NCBI GenBank assembly: GCA_051294375.1
Contig: CM119266.1
Coordinates: 20,624,780 to 20,688,779, forward strand
Direction of reading: 5' to 3'
Length of the DNA: 64,000 bases
DNA from: Paraspadella gotoi
Lineage: Eukaryota; Animalia; Chaetognatha
Of this stretch, positions 52,201 to 64,000 are shown piece by piece. How positions within the stretch are numbered: position 1 is the first letter of the stretch; every line of letters begins with the position of its first letter. Under the pieces are notes generated by a model. The model saw nothing but the letters and a program-made list of their open reading frames with translations, ran no database searches and was not told where the DNA came from. Position numbers and translations under genes: made by a program.

Positions 52201-54529
52201 TCCAGTGATTCCTTCGACCTGATATCACAAACATTATGACTTTTTATATTTTATATTTTTTATTTTTAATTAAATAGATAACCACATTTAAATGCTGTTT
52301 TTTCCCTGCTCGTATCCTACGAACCTCCATCTTATGCAGATGCTGTTGATAGGCCTTCTCCAGCACGAATAGAAGCCTGCTCGGGTAGAGCCCTGTACTT
52401 CTCCTTGCCCGTCATCCTCTCCACGAGACGTCGGAATCGGCGAGACCCAAATAGAATGACCTCTTTGCGCAGATCTGTGTCGACGAGAGAGACGCCGAAG
52501 CCTTTCAAGTCCACCGCCACCTAGAAGGTTTGAAGACAGCGAAAAAAGCGACAGGCGTGAAAGATACCCTTCTTTCGGTCGCAACTAATTACAGATTTAG
52601 TAGATAAATCACCATAAACTCTTAACTCACCATTGATATCTGAGACAGGATCCAGCACGAAAGTAATCGTAAATAATTGTACCTCAGTGTCTTAATCATT
52701 TTTTTATTACTTCGCTGTCCTCATAACTTTGTCATTGTCATTGTCAATGTCCAGCCTTGCCTCCAGATGGTTTTCTTTCCAGCTCGCCCGATTTCTTTAG
52801 CCCTGACTGCCATGTACAGGTCGTCAGTAAACATCAAGAATCCTCTGGCGTCCGTTGAGGAAAGAGACCCAGTACTTGGCTTTTGTATCAGGAGCTACGT
52901 GAAAGTCGCCAAGGCCCGTTCGCGGGTGAGCATGTTCCGTCCGTAACCTTGCGTGCCACAGTCCCAATGCAGTTCGCGCTCGATGAATGAGTTCTGCCAC
53001 GTGTAGAGAACGTTTTGGGTCGGTTTCACCGTTGCGCATAGGATCCCTGAAGAAAGGAAAATCCTTTTGAATTCATCGTTAAAATAAAAATAAATAAAAA
53101 TACAAACAAAAATTAAAATTAGATTTGGCAACGTCGACCTTTGGTAAACTCGGACATCCATGTTGCAAGGCGTTCACAAGATTTGAACGGGAGCCATTCC
53201 GGTTTGATACTGTTGAACTCCCATGATGAGCTGGTAGAAAAATCAATGGGCATTATTGGGAATATCACCTAAATTACATTTTTCCAATAAAATTAATAGT
53301 ATAAGACTGTGTTACAACATCCAAAACCAAATATCCAGACTTATAAAAAATGTCTAGTAGACTCATAAACAAGCAAACCATGGCAATAAAATAAAAGCAA
53401 AGCAATAATCTAACTGCAGCGTCGGAGAGCGTCGCGTGGTTTGAATTCCGTGGTGCGAATGTTGCGGCATCGCTAAGAGAGTATGAAGTTCCTGTGCCAT
53501 GGTGAAGGGCATCGTCTCACACTCCGAGGCGTCTTCGAACCTAAACGGCGTGGAATCACTTGTAGTCATAGGCGTGTAGAGCCGAGGGACTCGGGCTCTT
53601 TGGTGTGCAGTGTGCAGTGCACACTGTGCACGGCGCGGTTACCCCGGGACGGTCTCGCTTTGCCAACGCAGCAGGGAAGATTAAATGTAAGGGGTGGGAT
53701 GAACTTGGCTTTCAGGAGGGGCCCGGGGCCTGCAAAAAAATGTGGAGGGGTCAAGTCGGGTTTGCATTTCTCAACAAGCCAGAGATTGTCGGATTCATAA
53801 ACCGAAATGCGTTCCCGCAAAAGGACCGCACCTGACCACCATTTGCAGAGTTTTATTCTTGGGGTGAGGCCAGAATGCTTTGACCGCCCCGGGCTGAACG
53901 ATCAACCACACGATCCTCCTCTTCTTCGCCTTCCTTATCGTCGCCGTTGTTTCCGCCCATTGAAACCAACCTGCGAAAATAGAGAAGCGAAAGAGAAATC
54001 TGAATTATGGCGAGACACACAAGGAGTCGGCTCGGCTATTTCCTACCGCCAGCGGACGCCAGTGGCATCCGCCAACGTCGGCTCCGGGATAAGCGTCGTG
54101 GAGACGCTGATGAGTTTGCTGCCGACGTTGGTGATCATGTAGTACGGGGTAAGGGTGAGAATCTGAAAATCGTTTACTCGCATATGTAAATTGTATAATT
54201 GTATATTACGAACAAAATTTAAAAAAATCTTAAAAGCATAAGGATCGTGCCTGCTTTCGATGGTAACCAAATATTGATGCTATGATAACCAATATTAATA
54301 TATACAAAATTGATGCGAATGATAACCAAGATTGATACGATGATAACCAAATGATTGATGCGACGATAACCAATATTGATGCGATGATAACCAAATGATG
54401 GATGTAATGAATAGTCATTCATTAATGTGATGATAATCATTCATTAATGCAATGATAGTCATTTATTCATGCGATGATAGTCATTCATGGATAAAGATGA
54501 TAGTCATTTCATTGATGCGATGAGTCAAT

Positions 54530-54567
<38 letters not shown>

Positions 54568-57562
54568 CTCATTAAAAGGTATTTTGATTTCACATGTTTT
54601 TATTGATTCAAAAAATTTTTTATAAATTTTATTTTCAAATATTATTTACTACAATATTTAAATAAATTAAATTAAAGCATTTCTATATACTAATTTGAAT
54701 ATTATAATGAGTATTATAATCTCATTTATATATTGCAGTAAATCATAATGAAGTGCAAATTCAAACAAAAAATATTTGAATCCAAATGTAATGATGCCGA
54801 TGACAATGACGACGACGACTCCGCGTCACAAAGAAGCTCACCGAAACAAAATCGAGCCTGGACCGGCTTCGCGACAGGCTCGATAACAATCAAACACATC
54901 CACGTTTTCCCCATTCCCCATTCGCTATTTATTTTTTTTTTTTTTTTTTTTATTTTTTTAATTTTTTTTTTTATTTTTTTATTTTTTTATTTTTTTTTTA
55001 TTATTTTATTTTTTTATTTCTTTCTTTCTTTCTTTCTTTCCTCTTTCTTTCTTTCTTTCCGGTAGACCTTTGTCAACGCCGAGGCGGCCATGGTCACGGT
55101 CCAGGCCAGCGTGTACTTCTGTCCGTTCTTGTTTCCGTGCAACTGACACGAGTGAGGATCCCGTGGTGTCCATGGAAAGGACGATCCGACCATTGCGAAC
55201 CCGCGATAGAGATAGAGATTTTCTTCTTGGAGAAAATCCCGCGCGATTTCTATCTTGAAGTCGGGCTCACTGGGAAAGTCGCCCTTTTTTGACAAGGAAG
55301 GAGAATAGATGTTAAGTTTATTTACTAAGATAATTAAAAAAAAAAAAGACTCGCCTTCATATACATGATGTTATCGCTCTCACTGCAAGCATGCTGGTGA
55401 AGTTGATTCCCGCGTACTCCGGGAAGTGTGTCGCTCCATCTTCTGACCCTTGGCTTTGATGATGACGTCGCCCTTGTCCTCGAAGATGTTCATCTTAATG
55501 GGCCGCGTTGGGCGTCGGCGTGCATCTTTGTCCTCCGCTCCGGTGAACCGTTGGAAATGCTCCATCATCTCGTCGCGTTGATTCTTGGCCGCCAGATGCT
55601 CGGAATGTCCGAGGAACGACGTACGTCCTCCTCTTGGACCTCTTCTTCCTCCTCCTCTTCTTCATCTGACCCGCCCGGCTTTGTGCCTTCATCGTCGGTC
55701 TTCTTGTCGTCGTCGTCATCGTCGTCGTCTTCGCTGTCGTCTTCGGATTCGTCCTTTTCCTCATTCTTGGCTTTCTGATGTGTAAAAAAAAGTGAAACTG
55801 AGGCGGTATATACACAACGCCTCACATCCACCATCGTCCATCATTCAGCCAATGCCAATGGCTCTGAGGGTGGGTACTGGGTAGTCCTAAAGCCAACGGT
55901 AGCAAGCCCCATCCCACAGACAACCCGGCGGTTTCCATAAAACTCAATATATTAAATAATAAAAAAGAAAAACTTTCACGAAGATTAATTCTTACTTCTT
56001 CGATTTTCATGACTTCGTGCGGCAGAGTGAGTTTCACCTATCGATAAATATATATATAAAAAAAGAAGAAACTAAAGTTCATTAAATCTCAAGCGACCAG
56101 AGACTCGTTAAAATATCAAGACTCTCCCACCCCCTTACCGATTTCGACGGCCGTTCCGATGCCGAGACGGGGCTCTGCTCATCCGTATCGGCGTTGGTGA
56201 TCGCCCCCTTCGACCGCGACTTGTTATGGCTTCTTCGGTTCTCATTTTCCCTTTGGTTCTTCATCTTCGCGTTTCGTTTCTCCTCCGCCACCTTCGTATT
56301 TCTCAATGTCGGCGATCTCTCGATTGATAAAGTGAAGGAGGTCCGGACCGGAGCGATGGGATCTCGTCAGAGTCCTTGCGTCGCCGTCGAGAGGCGCTCT
56401 TCTTATCTTCTCTTCGATGCGCTTCTCCTCTCTTGCGGGGGATCGATACGGAGGGTGGAGGCGGGGGTGTTTGTAGGGTGGGTGGGGTGGTGGGGTTCGG
56501 ATTAGGAGACGTAATTGTCCCATTATCGTGGTTGGAATATTGGAATATAGGTTGGACATAGGATTGGAGACAATCTTACTCCCGTTCGTGATTTAATCAT
56601 AGAAACTTTATATCTGATTATGATTAAGATCATTAGTCGTCGTTGATATTGATTAGTTTTGACCTTAATTATTAATTAACAAGTGTCGGGGTTTTTTTTT
56701 AAAATGACTATTTAAATTTAAAGCCCTTTCATCATGGTGACATTGTCACATTAACGAAAGTTTCCCGCGAGTCGCGACCTACTTTGATTTGCGTTTGGTG
56801 CAATTCTTGAAGCACCTTCCCCAACTCGACGTCATCGCCTTCATCATGCGACCGTAGAACGCCAGCGACATGGGCGGATCCGCGCTTTGCTCAGCTTGAA
56901 GCGAGCCGGGAGGCCTGCGCGTCAAAGGTTCGAGTTAGCATCCGGAATGCAACGCGACGAGCAATTGAGCAATCCCATCGGCAATTGAGCAATTGAGCAA
57001 TTAAGCAATTGAGCAATTGAGCAATGATCTGTCCTCACCCGTCTGGTTGACGATCCAATACGGAGCAAAGAGGTGAGCGCTCATCTCTCCTGTGTCAGTC
57101 GCGCGGACGTGGACCCCGATTTGAAAGAAGTCGTTCATGCCAGAGAGTTGACTGGAAAGAAAGAATATCTGGCTATATACATATCATATACATACATATA
57201 CATACGTTACATAGTAGAGCGTATCGCTATCACTATCACTAGTGAACATTAATTCATTACAGAAGATCTAGAAGCTCAAAGGATGAAATCAAGTGGAACC
57301 GGATGGAATCGGATCATAGACTCGGGGAGAATTCACCGAAAATGGAATCGAGCTCTCTGATTGGTATCCACGTCTCTGATCCACTTGCTTTGTATAAATT
57401 GCATTTTTTTTGGTAGTTGGTCATTCTGTCCAAAAATTGACACCGTCTTCTTGTCTAAATGCTGAAATCCCTGTCTCTTAATTTTAGTACAACGTTGTTC
57501 ATTCCTCACTTTTAGAATTTTAATTTAAGTTAAATTTAGTCTTTTTATCTTTCTATCTCTTT

Positions 57563-57645
<83 letters not shown>

Positions 57646-58237
57646 ATTCATTTACTCTTCTTCATAGAATTCCGTCACAATTAGCAATTGCTCCTTCGGC
57701 TTGCACCCGACAGGAAGTTCTCCCAGCCAATCCTTTCCCAGATAACCGGCAGTTTGACCTGTTAACGATTCGATCGAGTAAATATTCTTCTTCACACCTT
57801 CCACTCCCCCCTCTCAGTCTCGTATCTCCCCCCCCTCCGCTCACCTTGACCATCAAATCCCCTCCTCCTCCTCCTCCGAATCTTTCAAGGCGTAGAGCGG
57901 CCGACCTGCCTCGCGCTGGCCAGAGCGGCACCTCCTCCCCTGGCGGAAGTTCGTGAAAGTCGAGTTCGTCGCTACGCGGTGTGATGCTGTGGTGGTACTC
58001 CATCATGATGGGTAGGTTGTTCTTGATCACCAGCAGAGGGCGCAAGTGGATGTGATAGACGTATGAGACGCCCGTGGGCTCCTTGAACGACGGCGTCTTG
58101 ACGGAGAGAGGCGTCGAAGTGGAGACGCGAAACTCGGACTTTTGACGCTGGCCGAGGACTCCCTGACGAACGGAAGTCTGCACGGAGACGCAGATCTGAG
58201 TGTAGGTCTCCGGGTCGAAGGGGGCGCAACGAATGAT

Positions 58238-58292
<55 letters not shown>

Positions 58293-58783
58293 AGAGAGAG
58301 AGAGGGGGGGGGGAAAGAAAATATTGCAGACACGGCTTGCCGAGACTGAACAAAAACTTTTCGGTCGGTAGGTCTCTCTGTTGGTTCAGCCTTTGTGAAT
58401 AATGCAAAAACTATAAACTAAGTTAACCTCGTAACAGTGTGAAACTCCCTACCGGCCGCCACCTTCGCCCGCCTGCCCGCCACCCTGGCACGCCCCTCCG
58501 CCCGCCACCTTTGCCCGTCGAAAGTTTTTGACGGGCTCGGCGTCCTCTTGTGCCTTCATCTCCAAAAAGACTTTGCGCCAACCGAGACTCTCGTTGGAGA
58601 CGTCGTGGAGATGTTGATTGTTGAGCAGGGGGCGGATGAAGAGGGCGCCAGCGTCTTTGCCGTGGATTGCCTCGAGCGGAACGTCGAAGTCTTTCTCTTT
58701 CGCGGGATCCACCGTCGTCAGGTACTTGAGGCGAAGGGGGGGAGGGGGCGGAGAATTTGAATAAAATTTATCTCTCTTTCTCT
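49239..58783 (-). other. VPS13: Second copy of the VPS13 3' region (matches ~30660-40143); probably redundant assembly or allelic haplotype
   Basis: Near-identical exons and introns, differing mainly by 1-bp indels that break the reading frames; bounded by 25-N gaps at 49214-49238 and 58784-58808. Confidence 0.85.
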
Positions 58784-58808
58784 NNNNNNNNNNNNNNNNN
58801 NNNNNNNN

Positions 58809-59531
58809 ATCCTTCAGCCAAATCCATTGGCTCAGAGGGTGAACACACCATCTCAGGCGTAATGTTCCATCCACTGTCCTAACTACTTCCCTCTGCGTTG
58901 GCAAAGCGAGACCGTCCTAGGGTAACCGCGCCAGTGACTGGAGGCGTTCACTGAGGGTCGGAAGCTCCCAAAGCCAACAGTGAGATGCCCATCCCAATGG
59001 GAATCACAGGCAACCCGGCTGTTGCCATAACAATTCAATTGTTGCCAAATATTTTGATGAAGGAGAGAGAGAGAGAGAAAATTTTATTCAAATTCTCCGC
59101 CCCCTCCCCCCTTCGCCCTCAAGTACCTGACGACGGTGATCCCGCGAAAGAGAAAGACTTCGACGTTCCGCTCGAGGCAATCCACGGCAAAGACCGCTGG
59201 CGCCCTCTTCATCCGCCCCCTGCTCAACAATCAACATCTCCACGACGTCTCCAACGAGAGTCTCGGTTGGCGCAAAGTCTTTTTGGAGATGAAGGCACAA
59301 GAGGACGCCGAGCCCGTCAAAAAACTTTTCGCGGGCAAGGTGGCGGGCGGAGGGGCGTGCCAGGGTGGCAGGCAGGCGGGCGAAGGTGGCGGCCGGTAGG
59401 GAGTTTCACACTGTTACGAGGTTAACTTAGTTTATAGTTTTTGCATTATTCACAAAGGCTGACCAACAGAGAGACCTACCGACCGAAGTTTTTGTTAGTC
59501 TCGGCAAGCCGCTGTTCTGCAATATTTTCTT

Positions 59532-59619
<88 letters not shown>

Positions 59620-60007
59620 ATCATCGTTGCGCCCCCTTCGACCCGGAGACCTACACTCAGATCTGCGTCTCCGTGCAGACTTCCGTTCGTCAGGGAGTCC
59701 TCGGCCAGCGTCAAAAGTCCGAGTTTCGCGTCTCCACTTCGACGCCTCTCTCCGTCAAGACGCCGTCGTTCAAGGAGCCCACGGGCGTCTCATACGTCTA
59801 TCACATCCACTTGCGCCCTCTGCTGGTGATCAAGAAAACCTACCCATCATGATGGAGTACCACCACAGCATCACACCGCGTAGCGACGAACTCGACTTTC
59901 ACGAACTTCCGCCAGGGGAGGAGGTGCCGCTCTACGCCTTGAAAGATTCGGAGGAGGAGGAGGGGGATTTGAATGGTCAAGGTGAGCGGAGGGGGGGGGA
60001 GATACGG
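58809..60007 (+). other. Inverted copy of ~39194-40408 (VPS13 exons now on the plus strand)
   Basis: Reverse complement of 39194-40408; ORFs 59136-59399 and 59441-60010 (+) mirror minus-strand ORFs near 39316-40161. Confidence 0.9.
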
Positions 60008-60009
60008 TA

Positions 60010-60832
60010 GGATGGTGGACATGAGGCGGTGTGAATATACCACCACATTGTTTTCATTAATCGCCGAGGAAGACTCGCAAAACAAGAGTCGAAACATGTT
60101 CGTTTCTTTTTTTTTATTAAACAATCATATTTGTTAACAAAGAAACTTTGTTCTCTCTGAACAAATTTGCTTTTCGTTCGTCTCTCTTACCGTCAGACAA
60201 CTGTCGTCGATGAATCCGTCCGATTTCCGCGGCACCTGGAACATTGTCGCCGGCCCGATCAGAATCTGCATCGGGACGCTCATGTGGTTGTGTAGCTGCA
60301 CCAGAGATCGAAACATCACGCTCATGTAAGTATAAGACGGCGTGGATTCCGCCTAATAATGAGGGGGGGGGGAAATTTGATTTCTGAAATTGGTACAAGC
60401 AATATAAAATTATCCATTCATTTAATAAATAAGCCATCTTGCCCCTGACTTTGGACAGGCTTTGGTGGTTTAAGGCCTCCGTCACTCTGACAAGATAATG
60501 ACAAGATAATGACAAGATAATCAAGACTCTTCTCACAATCTCGTTCATTCACTCCCTATCAATGAAGTTGAATAATATTTCGAAGAATGTTTCAATTGTA
60601 TAAAAAAGGGCCGCTCCCTTATATTAATCCCAAAATAACCAACAAAATTAAAAACAAAAGACAATGTTTTATTACAGAAAAATAAACTAGAACCCACCAC
60701 CAGCGTGTACTCGCTTCGTCCGTAATTGAGAGGGAACACCCTTGTCTCTCCACGCAGAACTTCGATCTCCATTATGTCTTTGAAAGCTAAACGAAAAGTA
60801 AGAAAATATTTTTAAATAATGACGACCTTAAG
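60010..60832 (-). other. Continuation of VPS13 copy 2 (matches ~40403-41210), ending at the TTAA site of the Kolobok-like element
   Basis: Colinear with 40403-41210; ends gacgaccttaag exactly where the TIR element begins in copy 1. Confidence 0.85.
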
Positions 60833-60837
60833 AGAGA

Positions 60838-63800
60838 GATGGCCACGAGTGGTTCGAGCATCTCTGGTCGGGCATGGGATGGTCCTAGGCGGAACGCGGG
60901 CTCCTTTTCTTCGGGTACGATCGTCTAGAAAGCGAATGCCGAGCGCGCGGATATCTTAAAGGGCGGCTTTTCCAGGTCGCTCCATGGGCGGATCGCCCAC
61001 TCGCTCTCTAACGAAAGCCAAAGATGTCCGCCGCGGGCTGAGCAGCAAAGAGGGCGGTCGGTGACCATCGCAGCGGTCGGCGCTTCGTTGACCCTGGTTG
61101 TTTCATGAGGCGACGCAGTGAAGAGACGTAGTTCGTCGGTTTAACGTAGCGGCCAAAGTCAGCCATCGTTTAGGAGCAGTAACCCTCCGATTCTGGAAGA
61201 ATAATACTAAATTAATGAATCCTATGTTACCTAAATCAATTAATATTGATATCCTCATCAGTTTACCTTGCGCTAAATAAGGATGTAAGATCCGCTGGGC
61301 TTGAATGTATCCTCCGCGGTCTAAAGCTGCAACAGCTTCGCGTCCGCATTCGACGATTGATACCTGACGCCTTCGAGAGTCCGTAGTAAGGAAGATCAAA
61401 AGTGCCAGCCAGAGGGCGCGCGATAAAACCCCATGATAACCTGAAAACCAAGTGAACATCGAGGGGTAAAAACTAGAAGCGAGTCCTGCAACAGTCTCTT
61501 AAATCATCTCTGTCTCTCTTAGATAACGAGATGGCTCTCGGTGAATAGCGAAACTTTTTGGCAAAAGGACGAAATCAAAAAAACACTTAATCAGACACGA
61601 AGCCCGACCTGGGCTGTCCCTTGAGGAACGTTGCCGCTGTTCCTTTTCGCAATTGAGAGGCTTCATCCACGATTTCCGGAGAAACCTCGCAAGCCGAAGC
61701 CGAGAAGGCAGGCCTTCAACGCGGACGTCAAGCCCTCCGTCAAATCATTGGGGGCGTTTTGATTGCTCTTCCCGACGAAACGCGCTGGTAATCCTCGTCG
61801 AGGGTTCAAAGCGCGAAGGCCTAAATGATCGAAGAATCGTCAGTTTGTCTATCATTCAGTATGTCAGTCTCCTCTTTTCTCTCGTCTCCCCCTGACCTTC
61901 CGAACGAATCCGGTCAGCAAACCGTTTTTGCCGAGTGCGCCGTGCCCCCGAATGATGCAGCCAAAGAACGTTTGGAAGCCCATGGCCACCCCTCCACGTC
62001 TCGCCCTCTCCGTAGCCGCGATAAGGCTCCAGACGACGTGCTTGAATCCGCTCGAGAAGTTTTGAGAAGACCGACGGGGTTGGCCCAAGAAATCGAGTCC
62101 GAACATCAAACACGTGCATGTTTTGCATCGCCTGCGCAAAGGAAAGAAAAAGGAAAGAGTCGTCCTCATTAGTTCTAATCGTTAATTGGCTTCGTTGTTA
62201 TCGTCGTCTCTCTTGTTGCTCCCGATATTTTAAATGATTTCCTTTTTCACTTTAAATTGTCTATTAATGGCTATGGCAGGAAGCGGAGGCGCGAGGCGGG
62301 CGGGGCCCTGGTTATCTCACTACTGGCGTAGGGGCTTGCGCACTCTGTTTACTGGCAAGCACTTTAAACGCGGTTCTGTCACATTTAAAGCCGGAGCCGG
62401 GATCCCTCGGGATTGACGCGCGGATAGGACGAGACGAATTTAGCCTGCTCCGCATTGAAGACGAGACTGCCAGTGAGGAATGACACTGGACAGCGGTGGG
62501 AGCCAACTTTAAGTAGAACTGCCACAGCTAAGTAGCTTTAAAATTTGTAAATCGAAAGCAATTTATGAATTCAATTTTGGAGAATACATTTAATTACCTA
62601 TAACAATTTTAACGCGCTGAACGGCGTAGTGTCTGACGCATTCTCTGACGGGCAAGCTTGCTGCTGGCTGAGAAAGGCGTTCTGCTTGCCGAAGGCCGCT
62701 GAAGGCCTAAACTCGATGTCTTGAATGTCGGTCAAGGCCACGCCCACGCTCTCAAGGCAAAATTGATCCCGCTGACGCAGTTGGGGGTTGAGACCCTGGA
62801 AAAAGAAGGGGGGGGGTTATTTACGGCTTACAAGTTTAAGGGTGGATCCATGACCCAGGCGACTCAAAAAAAAAAAAAAAAAAAAGAATTAAGGACAACC
62901 GAGACCGTCGCCTGTGCTGCTGCGGCTTCTCGTCCTTTGGGTCCTCGAATCTTGAGTGTCCATCGGCTTGCCTGAAAGACGTCGCCGCGAAAGAGAGAAG
63001 CTGAGGTGCAGCACGATTCGACGAAGATATCAGAAGGTCGTCGAAGAAGTTGGCGCGCGCGTCGGCGGAGCCTCCACTCGCGGGCGTAGGCTAATCAAAG
63101 GCTTTCCAATCCGCTTCCGCCATGTCCGCCTGGCGGTGGGCGTGGCGGAGGTGAGGCGGACGAAAGATACTTATCCAATTCTTAAGAAGACTCCAAAGGC
63201 GAACCTTGAAGCTTATTTCCGGAGGATCCCGTCGGGAAGATTGAAGAAATTGACGATTCCGTTGATGAGGACCCAATCCGCCTTGAAGGTCCATCGGTTT
63301 GATATCCAGCTACTGTTCGTTCAAATTGAAAAAAAAAAGTTGTCAATGAAATAAATAACAATAGTCAATCAGATTGGAGATGGAGAAGATAAATTGTAAA
63401 CAAACTCCAAAGGTAAAAAATAACAAATAAACAATATTGCCAGTGTTGTCGCTAAATGTTTCTCGATTTGCTATAAGTAAAAAAAATTAGCCTAAAAAAT
63501 TCTTTAAAATATAGTTTTATAACAATAAAAATGTTAAATAGAAATCAAAAAATGCTTAAACAATCAGGAAGCAAAACTAAAAAGTCTCTGACTTTAGACT
63601 TTAGGCACAATAAAAAGCGTGTAAAGAATAAAAGACAAAAGTTACTATAATTTATAAGAATAAAAAATAGTGATAAAGAAGTTGAACGCGGAACGTCTTG
63701 ATCTGTTTAACAGTCGCTCATATCGAAGGTTCTGAACGGCGATCCGGATTATCACGAAAGAGGCGGATGGGCGCTCGTCTGATCGACATTGGAGTCAATG

Positions 63801-64000
63801 CGCGGAGCGATATGTCGTCGGAAAAGATGCACCCGTCCTTAAGTTATTTTTTTTTTTTATATGATTTATTTTTATTTCTCCCTTTCTCTCTTTCTTTCTT
63901 TCTTTGTTTTCTTTTCTTTCTTTCTTTCTTTTCTTCTTCTTATGTCTTTCTTTTCCTTCTTTCTTTTTCTCTCTCTTTCTTGTTGTTTCTAATCCTTGTT
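60838..64000 (-). other. Third, highly error-laden copy of the VPS13 3' region (matches ~30280-33290); looks like an uncorrected long read
   Basis: Colinear with copy 1 but with dense, insertion-biased single-base differences in both exons and introns. Confidence 0.85.

Noticed and set aside
57894-57929. 28-bp insertion with a repeated AGAGCGGC in copy 2 of a VPS13 exon
   Set aside because: Absent from copy 1 and from the inverted copy; most simply a long-read insertion error.
49239-64000. Calling copies 2 and 3 VPS13 pseudogenes
   Set aside because: The error spectrum (indel-dominated, uniform over exons and introns), 25-N gaps and adapter-like junction favour assembly redundancy.

Overview
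Eukaryotic (metazoan-like) genomic DNA: AT-rich and packed with microsatellites ((GA)n, (GATA)n, (ATC)n, (GAC)n, (GAAA)n), with GC-richer short exons. It comes from an error-prone long-read or gap-filled assembly. The main gene is a multi-exon VPS13A/C-like lipid-transfer gene on the minus strand (about 49141 to 30092). Its central, VAB, WWE/APT1, ATG2_C and PH-like parts are present; the 5' end is missing at a gap. Its 3' part is repeated twice more (49239-60832, including an inverted 1.2-kb piece, and 60838-64000). The left third is a ~6.2-kb unit repeated about 2.8 times. Indel-rich copies, 25-N gaps and PacBio-adapter-like 9-10-mers at the junctions suggest these large duplications are assembly artefacts. 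Best biological candidates: (1) an antisense gene with tandem F-type-lectin/discoidin-like domains nested in a VPS13 intron; (2) a family of short intronic elements with TGTGGC...GCCATA ends, 4-bp target-site duplications and modular structured interiors; (3) a Kolobok-like TTAA element; (4) one strong and one possible GC-AG intron; (5) a ~280-aa lineage-specific charged insertion in the VPS13 VAB region. Protein assignments rest on hand translation and recalled similarity to human VPS13A; no database search was run.
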